From Lytechinus pictus (Eukaryota), in the NCBI RefSeq assembly GCF_037042905.1, contig NC_087251.1, positions 6,388,001 through 6,452,000 of the forward strand: 64,000 nt of DNA. The letters are read 5' to 3'. A program made the position numbers and the translations under genes. Positions 1 to 12,400 of this stretch are shown here, in pieces. The notes below the pieces were generated by a model, which worked only from the letters and a program-made list of their open reading frames with translations, was not told where the DNA came from and ran no database searches. Every line of letters begins with the position of its first letter. Position 1 is the first letter of the stretch.

Positions 1-411
1 AAAAATTAGTATATTTGGAGTTTCACTTAGTGATTTAGAACAAAAATATATTAATTCCAGCATATAATCAGCATTAATAAGGATAAAACCTTGTTTAATT
101 AAAGATAAAATGTGTTGAACTTGTATATGCTTTCTATATTTCTCTTGTTTACTACAAAGTCAAGCCTTGGGTTTAACTTTAAATGACTACTAACCACTCC
201 TCTATTTTCAATACAGTAGTTGAAGTATCTGAAATTCAAACATCTCCTTATATAAGGTTGTTTCACAATGGGGTGCACATAATTTTCATTTAAACCACAG
301 TTTAAGCTAAACGCATTGCTATTAGAAAAATCCTTAGTTTAGAATATGGATAAAAGTGTTCAGAAATTCTTGATTACTAAGACTTTTTTTGCACACCAAA
401 CAACATCTTAC

Positions 412-3400
412 CATTCATAGAATTGCAGCATTTTTGCAGGAATATTTCTGTAAGTATCTACAACATCCAGAAGGAGTATATCATTCTGATCCTCAGCCTC
501 GGCTTGGAGAGCTTTTGTCTCATTGACAATCTTTGAATGCCATTTTGAAGATTGTTCTTCGCTTACATTCATCCAAACAGAGAGTTTATCAGGTTCTGAA
601 GAATGGAAAGAGGGAGGATTTAAAATAATTGTATGTTCTTTTCATTGTGTTGCCAACAACTGACAAGAATTCAGAAAATGTCTGCAAGATTAACAGGGGT
701 CTTAGGTGATCAAATAACATGCAATAACAAATGAAATAAAATAATTTTTTTAACATGACAGAAAATGTTTACTTCATTTTTTTAAAACTGATCATGGATT
801 GAAGAATGGTTATTAAAAGGGACCATATAGTTATACTTGAAATGATTTTACTTACCATGAATATTGTAAATAAAGTTGCCTGAAACCAAAGCTTCTGTGC
901 CTCTATCAAGTTTTTCAACTTTCTCAGGAAATTCTGAATTGTCCTCGCTATATCTGCTATACTGAATTCACAAGAAAACAATATGACAATGTTTGTTTGT
1001 TTAATATTGAAAAGAGGAAAAGAAGAGGTGTTATACAACAGCAAATAATCATTGCTTGGCTTGATATATTCCTCTAACTTGCACAGTTTTATGCATCATA
1101 CCTCTGTATGATATTGAAAATTTGCAAGTTCCTGATTTATTTTTGAAAAATGTAATACAATAATAACATGCTGTTTAATATGCACTTCAATGAAAAATCA
1201 AAAGAAACAGGAGATGCTTTCGAGCTGTCCACAATTATCAGCGAATTATGCAATTCAAATTCTCTACAGTATCGTTTCTATAGTACCCCATTTTTCATGA
1301 CTCAATGAAAGCTACATATTATCCAGATAATTATATACAGACGGATTGACGTGATAGAGCATGATGAATATCCTATGTTCAAGATAGAAAATAACATTTT
1401 TTTCGTTCAGAATAATGTACAAAATACATTCCATTATTCAACTCAATTTCTACAGATGTTTAATTAATGTATCGTATATAACATAAAATAACTCTCTAAG
1501 CAAACAAATACACTTCACAGACCTATGTATCAAGTATGTATTTACGAAATCTGAAATGCTTGATCATTATGAGCAATGAAGAATAAATCAACAGTACAAT
1601 CAATTATCAAGCTTTGTTTTATGGGTCCTTTGCCTTTCCATTTATTAGATAATGTAAGATTCGCCAAGCTTTACCTGTTGTAGTTCTATAACACCCCCTT
1701 TTTATTGGATAATGTAAGATTCGCCAAGCTTTACCTGTTGTAGTTCTATAACACCCCCTTTTTATTGGATAATGTAAGATTCGCCAAGCTTTACCTGTTG
1801 TAGTTCTATAACACCCCCTTTTTATTGGATAATGTATGATTTGCCAAGCTTTACCTGTTGTAGTTCTATAACACCCCCTTTTTATTGGATAATGTATGAT
1901 TTGCCAAGCTTTACCTGTTGTAGTTCTATAACACCCCCTTTTTATTGGATAATGTAAGATTCACCAAGCGTTATCTGTTGAAGTTCTATAACACCCCCTT
2001 TTTATTGGATAATGTATGATTCACCAAGCGTTACCTGTTGTAGTTCTATAACACCCCCTCTTTATTGGATAATGTATGATTTGCCAAGCTTTACCTGTTG
2101 TAGTTCTATAACACCCCCTTTTTATTGGATAATGTAAGATTCACCAAGCATTACCTGTTGCAGTTCTATAACACCCCATTTTTATTGGATAATGTATGAT
2201 TTGCCAAGCTTTACCTGTTGTAGTTCTATAACACCCCCTTTTTATTTGATAATGTAAGATTCACCAAGCGTTACCTGTTGTAGTTCTATAACACCCCCTT
2301 TTTATTGGATAATGTATGATTTGCCAAGCTTTACCTGTTGTAGTTCTATAACACCCCCTTTTTATTGGATAATGTAAGATTCACCAAGCATTACCTGTTG
2401 CAGTTCTATAACACCCCCTTTTTATTGGATAATGTATGATTTGCCAAGCTTTACCTGTTGTAGTTCTATAACACCCCCTTTTTATTTGATAATGTAAGAT
2501 TCACCAAGCTTTACCTGTTGTAGTTCTATAACACCCCCTTTTTATTTGATAATGTAAGATTCACCAAGCTTTACCTGTTGTAGTTCTATAACACCCCCTT
2601 TTTATTGGATAATGTAAGATTCACCAAGCATTACCTGTTGCAGTTCTATAACACCCCCTTTTTATTGGATAATGTATGATTTGCCAAGCTTTACCTGTTG
2701 TAGTTCTATAACACCCCCTTTTTATTTGATAATGTAAGATTCACCAAGCTTTACCTGTTGTAGTTCTATAACACCCCCTTTTTATTGGATAATGTAAGAT
2801 TCACCAAGCATTACCTGTTGTAGTTCTATAACACCCCCTTTTTATTTGATAATGTAAGATTCACCAAGCATTACCTGTTGCAGTTCTATAACACCCCATT
2901 TTTATTGGATAATGTAAGATTCACCAAGCGTTACCTGTTGTAGTTCTATAACACCCCCTTTTTATTGGATAATGTATGATTTGCCAAGCTTTACCTGTTG
3001 TAGTTCTATAACACCCCCTTTTTATTGGATAATGTAAGATTCACCAAGCATTACCTGTTGCAGTTCTATAACACCCCATTTTTATTGGATAATGTAAGAT
3101 TCACCAAGCGTTACCTGTTGTAGTTCTATAACACCCCCTTTTTATTGGATAATGTATGATTTGCCAAGCTTTACCTGTTGTAGTTCTATAACACCCCCTT
3201 TTTATTGGATAATGTATGATTTGCCAAGCTTTACCTGTTGTAGTTCTATAACACCCCCTTTTTATTGGATAATGTAAGATTTGCCAAGCTTTACCTGTTG
3301 TAGTTCTATAACACCCCCTTTTTATTGGATAATGTATGATTTGCCAAGCTTTACCTGTTGTAGTTCTATAACACCCCCTTTTTATTGGATAATGTAAGAT

Positions 3401-6400
3401 TCACCAAGCATTACCTGTTGCAGTTCTATAACACCCCCTTTTTATTTGATAATGTAAGATTCACCAAGCTTTACCTGTTGTAGTTCTATAACACCCCCTT
3501 TTTATTTGATAATGTAAGATTCACCAAGCTTTACCTGTTGTAGTTCTATAACACCCCCTCCATTATTAGTAGCATCTTTGCTGAGGTAGAGTGTAGTGGA
3601 AGGATCATCTTTATTGAAACTGTTCACAACTATCGTTCCTTCAAAGCCCTGTGTGGAAAAGGAAAACATGAAAACACATTAAAACTAACATGTACTGTGA
3701 GAATTATATTGTGAAACAAAACCTCATATCATACCATATCTATTTCAACACTTATTGTATTTTCTAAGAAATTAAGACAGGAGCAACTGTTGTTGTTTTG
3801 GCTGGATATCTTGATGATGATCTTCCAACTGACATCTAGTGAATGATTGAGTGATGTACACCCTGTTTAGTTTCCCTATCTAGTGCTTTATTCAATAACC
3901 ATGTGTCAATGAACTTAATCATCAAAACTATTATTTTTTACCTGTAATTCACCAAATATCAGACCCATTCATAGAAGCTAGATATATCAACTGTACAAGG
4001 GAATAATGGAAGAAAAAATTGCATTTATTACTTCGGTTCCAAATTTCTATTTTTATTTTGAAAAAAATGTCACATCTCTACTTACCTTTGGAAGAAGATA
4101 TGGCTCCACTGCTCTGAATCTATAACCTTCAATAAACACACCGGGCTGTTCTGGGCTAAAACGAGCACTAACTACTTTTTCCTGTAAAAAAAAAATCATA
4201 TCAAAATAATTGTATCCAATTATACACCATCATTTAATTTCCCTATAGTAAACACAGATAAAAACTTAGTAATTACAGGTAGTAAAGCTATGTGAACTAG
4301 TGAATGAAAAGTAACTGTTATACTTTAATGTTTAGGTATACTTTTAGAACTGGAGAATCCAGATTGATATAATGAAAATGCCAAATGCATTTGCACTTCT
4401 AAGATCGACACATCATCAATGAAACACCTCAATTCTATTCTTAATTCATAGTATTATATCAAGCGGATCTCATCATAAAGAATTGCATATCATTTTAAAA
4501 GACCAAGAGTGTATTTGAATAAGAATGTATATTAATCTGAAGTACAAGCAAAAATTAGACGCATCTAGCCTAGAAATTTATTCTTGGTAAAAAGGATAAT
4601 ATACAGTTTTCACAATATTTCATTCAGTAATGCACTTCATCCTACTTTGACAAGAAATCATTCAAGAGGAGTATGATGACTATGTTTTGAGATGATGTTA
4701 AATAATTGGGGTCTGCATTGACCATGAAGACTGACAAGCATTTTCAATGGCAATACTCATTTCAGATCAGTATGAAATTATATTACAAGCACATAAATTC
4801 TGACCTGCCTCCAAGTATCAAAGAGAGAAACTGTGAGAGGATGTTTGATGCCATCAGCAGAAGAATCAAAGACACCAAGCTTGTGAAGGATGATAGGATA
4901 ATGAACCTAGTAAATCAATAAACAAGATATCATAGAAAGAAACTGTCAAGTGTCAATCAGTAGATGAAACAAAACACCACAGACACCAAATAACTGAAAA
5001 CTAGAAATATCACTTAAGGTGATTTGTACCCCCTTCTATATTATATTCCCAAAACATGTAAAAAAAGAAAGAAAAAGAGAAAGAGTTGTGCATGTCTTCA
5101 CCCCAAAACCAATATGCACACTAAGTGTTAGGAGAACTGGGCAAAAACTGAGGGAGTAGTTTACTCCATAAGTTTTCCAAGAAATATTTTTATATATCAT
5201 TACCATGGCAATGTGGAACCAAACACATAAAAAACATGTCTTGCACATCCTCACTGAGTTTTGTGTGAAGTCTCTTAAGAATTCAGCAAAAACTGAAAAC
5301 CAGAAGTGAAAAATCTGTTCAATCCGCAAGATTTTAAACAGACCCCCTTCCCCCCCCCCCCCCACCAACCGGCAAACCATGTGCTGATTCCTATATACAC
5401 AAAGGAAATATTCTTAATTCTCATGTATCTCAGGTACTTATATTGGGGAAAAAAATAACTGAATTTCCATGTTTGCAACAAGACCTAAAATCCATTTTTA
5501 ATTCTCACCTTGAAATCAAATCCTATTGGACCTGAAGTCAGTCTGTATATCCCTGTATCATTGATGACTGTCATTGCTACAATGTCCTTGGGCTTCCCTA
5601 AAAAGATCCAGAAGGAAAGAAGTTTCAAAGGTTCAAAGAGGCACATTAAAGAGAGAACCATATAGTGGGACAGTGTTGATTGATCATAGCTTCATGTTGT
5701 AATACACAGATGAACTGCTTAGAAGACTACTCCAAGTACAGCTAAGATATTTTAGGGTTACTAGCAGCTGCAGAAATCTTTCCAAAATATTTCACTGATC
5801 AAATCCCTCCCAAACATCTTTCCAACATTTCAACAGGTAGATTTTCAGAATAGGTAGTGTTATATAGCTGCACATTCCAGCAATATATCACATCTTCATA
5901 ATTCACAAAATATTGCCATTGAAAAACAGAAAGGCATTAAGACTTTAAAATAATGTGTTTAATTGTACAAGCAAGTGGAATGCCTCTGGCGGTCTCACCT
6001 GCATCACGCGATTCAATATAGCAGCAGTGCTGACTTTGAGAACTACTATAAAGTAATCATTCACAAAAACACCATTCATATAATGATACAATACTATGTT
6101 CATTGACATTTGACCTTGATCATGTGACCTAAAACCACATTTTATACACTAGATCTATAAACTTTGAAAGTTATGACAGCAATCTAATAATTACCTCTAA
6201 AATTGCCAAAGTTCAATTACCTTAAATGACCTTTGACTTTGATCATGTGACATGTAACTTGCATGACATGTTCAGTGATATTTGATGACTCTTATTTCCA
6301 CGTTTTATGAACTAGACCAATATACTTACAGAGTTATGATGGTAATTCAACAAATACCCCCAACATGGCCAAAGTCCATTGACCTTTGACCTTGGTCATG

Positions 6401-9400
6401 TGACCTGAAACTTGCACAAGATGTTCAGTGATACTTGGTTACTCTTATGTCTACGTTTTATGAACTAGACCAATACACTTACAGAGATATGATGGTCATT
6501 CAACAAATACCCCCAACATGGCCAAAGTTCATTGACCTTTGACCTTGGTCATGTGACCTGAAACTCGCACAAGATGTTCAGTGATACTTGGTTACTCTTA
6601 TGTCTATGTTTTCGTGGCTTTCTCGTTTCGTGGTTTTCTCGTGGCACATCTCGAGTCTATAAACCACCCAATCATTTCAAGAAATTCATTCAAAAAAATG
6701 AATTGGTTGATGTTTGGAGGAAATTATATCCCACGAAGAAACAATTTACTTGGCGACAGAGGTTTTTTGGTGTCTATTCTAGATTAGATTACTGGCTAAT
6801 TTCAACAACACTATATCCTTCAATGTACAGCACTGATATACGCCCTGCACTTAAATGTGATCATAATGCCATTTCGCTAAAGTTGAATTTGAGTGGTATT
6901 GGGAAAGGCAAAGGTTATTGGAAAGTAAATATTTCACACTTACTAGAACAAGATTTTATAATCTGTATTAAACATGTGATTAATAAAGTAAAAATTGAAT
7001 TCATGAATGAAAGTCCACAGCTTATATGGGAAATGTGTAAAATTAAAATAAAAGAGGTCACTGTGAAATATTCTAAACAAAAACAAGAAGAAAGAAAATG
7101 TTATTTTACAAAGTTACAAGATGATCTCAATAAACAGAGTGAAAAGGCTGATAAAAATCCAAACAAGAAAGAAATTGATAAGTTAGAAACAATCAGAAAT
7201 GAATTAGATAAACTTTACACATATAAGTGCAAAGGTGCGTATATTAGAGCTAGGGAGAAATGGATGGAGTCTGGCGAAAAGTCGTCCAAGTATTTTTTGA
7301 AAAAAGAAACTATAAATGGCAAGAAAAAAGAGATTAACTGTATTGTACAAAACGGTAAAACATTTACAAAGAAAACAGAAATTTTGAAGATTATTAATAA
7401 TTATTTCAGTAAATTGTACAAAAATAGCTATAACGATAATGATATAAACATTAAATCATACTTAAAAAATATTGAATTTAAAGAATTAGATGAGAAGGAT
7501 GCACTAAGTTGTGAAGGACTGGTAACCGAACATGAGTGTCATAAAGCTTTGCTTTCAATGCAAAATAATAAGGCACCTGGTTGCGATGGATTGAGTTCGG
7601 AATTTTATAAATGTTTTTGGCCAGACATAAAAGATTTGCTAATCGACAGTCTAAATGAAGGATACGCTCAAGGGGGTTTGTCAGAAAGTCAAAGGCAAGG
7701 TATACTCACACTGTTATTGAAAAAAGGGGATAGTAGATTATTAGACAATTGGAGGCCAATCTCATTATTAAATATAGATTATAAGATTTTAGCGAGAGTT
7801 TTGTCACAACGCCTTCAACGAGTAATCCATAAAATTGTTTAGTTTGATCAAACAGGTTATATCAAGGGGCGTTCAGCCTCAGATAACTTAAGGTTGGTAC
7901 AAGATGTTATTGATTATAGTAAAATTTTGGAACAACAAGGATTGGTACTTTTTTTAGAATTCAAACAAGCATTTGATTGTGTGAGACATAGCTTTCTTTT
8001 CGAAAACCTGTCAAGATTGAACTTTAAAGATTCATTTATCCAATGGGTTAAAGTATTATATAAAAACGCTGGAGGCAAAGTAATTAATAATGGTTGGATT
8101 TCAAAACAGTTTAAGATAGAAAAGGGTGTAAGGCAAGGGTGCCCTCTATCGGCTTTGTTATTTGTTTTAGTTGTTGAAGTAATGGCGTCACAGATAAGGT
8201 CAAACAAGAAAATCAGTGGTATTAAGATTCCATTCCACAAAGAACCATTTTCAAAAGAATTAAAGATCTCACAGTTAGCAGACGACACCGCTCTTTTTGT
8301 TAATTCCGTCCAGGCAGGAAATGTCGCAATTCAAGATGTTATTAAGTTCGGGGAATATTCTGGCTTAAAACTTAATTTAGATAAAACCAAAGTTATGCCA
8401 CTTAATATAAATTATAATGAAACAAATGGTATATGCAACTTGGAATGGTCTGATGAACCAATTAAATATCTTGGGGTTGTATTATGCAAGAACACAAATG
8501 ACTTCAATGTCCTTAATTGGTCTGTAAAGATAGATAAAATTAAACGTATTATAAATCTTTGGAAGATGAGAAATCTGACATACTATGGGAGAATAGTTAT
8601 TATAAAAATGTTACTTGTATCACAGTTAATATACTTAAGCACATGCTACATCATGCCCCAAAATTATATCAAAGAACTTAATAAAATAATTCATTCATTT
8701 TTATGGAATTCTAAAAGAGAAAAAGTGAAAAGAGCTTACATTATTAATTCACCCCAATATGGGGGTTTGGGTATGATTGATATAGATTCTAGATTGAAAT
8801 CACTCACACTTTCTCGGTTACCAAAAATTGAGGTGATGATCCACCATGGAAATATATTTGTGAGTTTTGGTTACATAAATTGGGTGGTATACCATTATCT
8901 ATTCAATGTAACTGTTCTCCAGTAGACATGATCAAATTATGCAAAAAATATTCATTACCTACATTTTATACAGACCTACTTACTTCATGGGCTGAACTTC
9001 ACTATCTTAATATATTCGAAGTAACTCAATTTGAAAATGAAATCATATGGAATAATTCAAATATGAAACATGAAAACAAGTTACTGTATTTCAGAAAATG
9101 GTACGATGAGGGTATAGTTAAAGTACACCATTTAATTGAAAATGGTTCATGGAAAAACTCTGAAAGTATTACAGACTTACTGTCGATGAATTCTCTTTGT
9201 ATCTTATTTCAATATGCTAAAATTAAAACCGCTTTTCCAAAATATTGGTTCGATAAGTTGAACACTGCTCAGCTTGAAAATCAAGATGATCAACGAACGC
9301 AAAACAATAAATTTATTCAAATTAAAACCGTTGACTCAATTGACATTACAATATCAAAAACAAAACAATTCTACACATATTTTGTAGATATAAAAAAGAA

Positions 9401-12400
9401 TTTACACCCAACGGTGTTATATTTTTGGCAAGACAGTTTATCACTTGCAGAAGATTATGATTGGAGCAAATTGCTAAAATTTAAGTTTGGAAAATTATTT
9501 AATAACAGAGTTAAACAATATAATTTCAAATTGCTGCATCAGATTTTGCCGTATAAAGAGAATTTAGTTCGATGGAATATCACATCAGACATGACTTGTA
9601 ACCATTGTAAACAAATTGAAACTCTAGATCATGTTTTGTTGCATTGTCCACATGTGAATTTATTTTGGCAAAAACTACGGTATTTCATTAAGATCCAGTT
9701 TAATGTGAATATTCAGATTAATGAGAAAACATTATTGATTGGCCACGATGTTGAAAATGAAAACATGGCTTTTGTTAATGTAATTTTGGTTTTCGCACAA
9801 TATACGATTTATAGAGTCTATATGTTGGCTCAGTTCACTTCAAAAAAATTCAGCTATTTTTCTATGTTGTCAGATTTCAAGAGAGAATTAGTCATTAATT
9901 TAAGATTTCTTGAAAAGAGTAATAAGATAAAACTAACAGAAAAACAGTACAACGAAATCAAAAGCCTGTGAAATGTGAAACTAATTGTATATATTGTTTA
10001 TGTTTGTTTATTGATTTCAATGTAAAAGAGTAACGTGATAAAAATATCAGAAAAACAGTATAATGAAATCAAAATGTTGTGAAATATGAAACTAATTGTA
10101 TATATTGTATGTGTTTGATTATTGATTTTAATGTAATAAATACCTCTGATGAGGACAAAAAAAAATGTCTATGTTTTATGAACTAGACCAATACACTTAC
10201 AGAGATATGATGGTCATTCAACAAATACCCCCAACATGGCCAAAGTTCATTGACCTTAAATGACCTTTGACCTTGGTCATGTGACCTAAAACTCGGACAG
10301 GATCTTCAAAGATACTTGATTACTCTTATGTCCAAGTTTCATGAATCAGATACATAAACTTTCAAAGTTATGATGGTAATTCAGCAGATACCCCCCCATA
10401 TGACCAAAGTTCATTGACCTTTGACGTTGGTCATGTGACCTGAAATTCGCACAGGATGTTCAGTGATACTTGATTACTCTTATGTCCAAGTTTTATGAAC
10501 TAGACCAACAAACTTTCAAAGTTAGGATGCTAATTCAACAAATACCCCCAACTTTGCCAAAGTTCATTGACCTTACATGACCTTTGACCTTAATCATGTG
10601 ACCTGAAACTCGCACAGGATGTTCAGTGATACTAGATTACTCTTATGTCCAAGTTTCATGAATCAGATCCATCAACTTTCAAAATTATAATGGTAATTCA
10701 ACAGATACCCCCAATTTGGCCAAAGTTCATTGACCCTAAATGACCTTTCACCTTGGTCATGTGACGTGAAACTCAAGCACGATGTTCAGTAATACTTGAT
10801 TAAGCTTATGTCCAAGTTTCATGAACTAGGTCCATATATTTTCTAAGTTATGATGACATTTCAAAAACTTAACCTTCGGTTAAGATTTGGTGTTGATGCC
10901 GCCGCCGTCAGAAAAGCGGCGCCTATAGTCTCACTCTGCTATGCAGGTGAGACAAAAATTACAGACCTTCCAAATCTAATACATAATACATGATTGAAAT
11001 TGATCTCCTTTACCTGTTTTTGAAATGTTGAGTGGTGTACATGAATATGGATCTCTTCTGTATTCAGGAGGTAAGTGGCAGGAGTGGTTACCAACAACAA
11101 ATTTGCTGCAAATCCTGAAATTATAAACATGACATCAAAATTAGTGTTGATGGTGCAAATTAGAGTATTTGAATAGCTGATATCCATGTTTGAGAGAATG
11201 GCAAGACATCCTGCTAGGCGGTATACCCTGCCAGGCATGCATTTCACTTCAGGATGTTGTTTTCAAAATCACAAATATGAATTGAAATATCAATAACATT
11301 AATGTCAGTGTAAAATTGAAGTGACATCACTTTCTACAGAAAACATCTTGGATAAGAAATCATATCTAAACTGAAATATATCACATTTAATCCAGTCAAG
11401 GAAATTACACAAAGTTATCAGGATCTATAGCAGGCTACAGACAGAGCTTTTACACTTTTTAAAGTGATAAATTTAATACAGATGGACTTGGTGGATTTTT
11501 TTTTACTTTCCTTTTTCCATACAATCTACAAATCTACAATTTCACTATACTTTGAGGAAAAATCAGTGTTAGAAATTATTCTTTACCCAACGATTTGAAT
11601 AGAATCTAAAATAAAAGAGAATGCAATAGCCCGTCTTGGAGCCAGCTTCATAAAGATTTAATACTAAGGTAACTTTGCTATTATGGTAACTAATAGAACT
11701 TGGTATCAGGACTTAGAAGCCTATCACAATCAAGGTTTCCATGGTACTTTGGTAGTTACTAGTATGGCAACGTTACATTTGTAAGCCTAGTGCCCTTTAA
11801 CATAGTGTCAATCCACACTTGTAACTCTCCTCCCAGGTACTAAATGGGTACTCGATAGGTTGTGAAAGTCACTGTAGCTTGTCCAGCATTGTGAATGCCT
11901 TACATGTTGGCTGGCTCGGGATTGCAGGATTTTCATATGTTGTGTGAGGGAATGACTGATTGGATCCAATGACCGAGGTACTAATAAATCTGTAAGCAAT
12001 TAGGTAGGTACAATGTATGTCTTAAGCACCCAATACATAATTAGATTATTGTTTTTATGGACCCAGATCCACTCATCCTGTCCTACATTCGTTATTCAGA
12101 ATGCACCCTTCTAATCATATAGTCTTATATGCCAACTAGGATCATAATAAATGTTAGTGCTTACAACAACGAACAAATTAGTTGCAAAGGTAAAACAATC
12201 ACAATACACATCAGAGAAGACAGATCAGTTATTCAAGGATTCTCCTTCTACTTACCTTCTCTTCCACCTAGGGTGAGTGTGTATATAACCAAGCCATGTC
12301 TCACGTATGGCCTTTCTGTGCTCAAAATGATCCCTTGCAGATAAGATTCCAATGAATATATCACACTTTGTCTGATGATTGTGTTTTCCTAATGCAATAA

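Noticed and set aside
1641..3560. Regular array suggestive of CRISPR
   Set aside because: Units are contiguous near-identical 60-mers with no unique spacers, no cas genes and a eukaryotic intron context.
6574..6640. Apparent Met start and hydrophobic N-terminus of the 422-aa ORF
   Set aside because: It is read from the host HINE repeat and junction filler; the LINE is 5'-truncated inside the endonuclease domain.
10141..10160. CTGATGAG hammerhead-ribozyme core
   Set aside because: No stem II or GAAA follows; poly(A) starts immediately.
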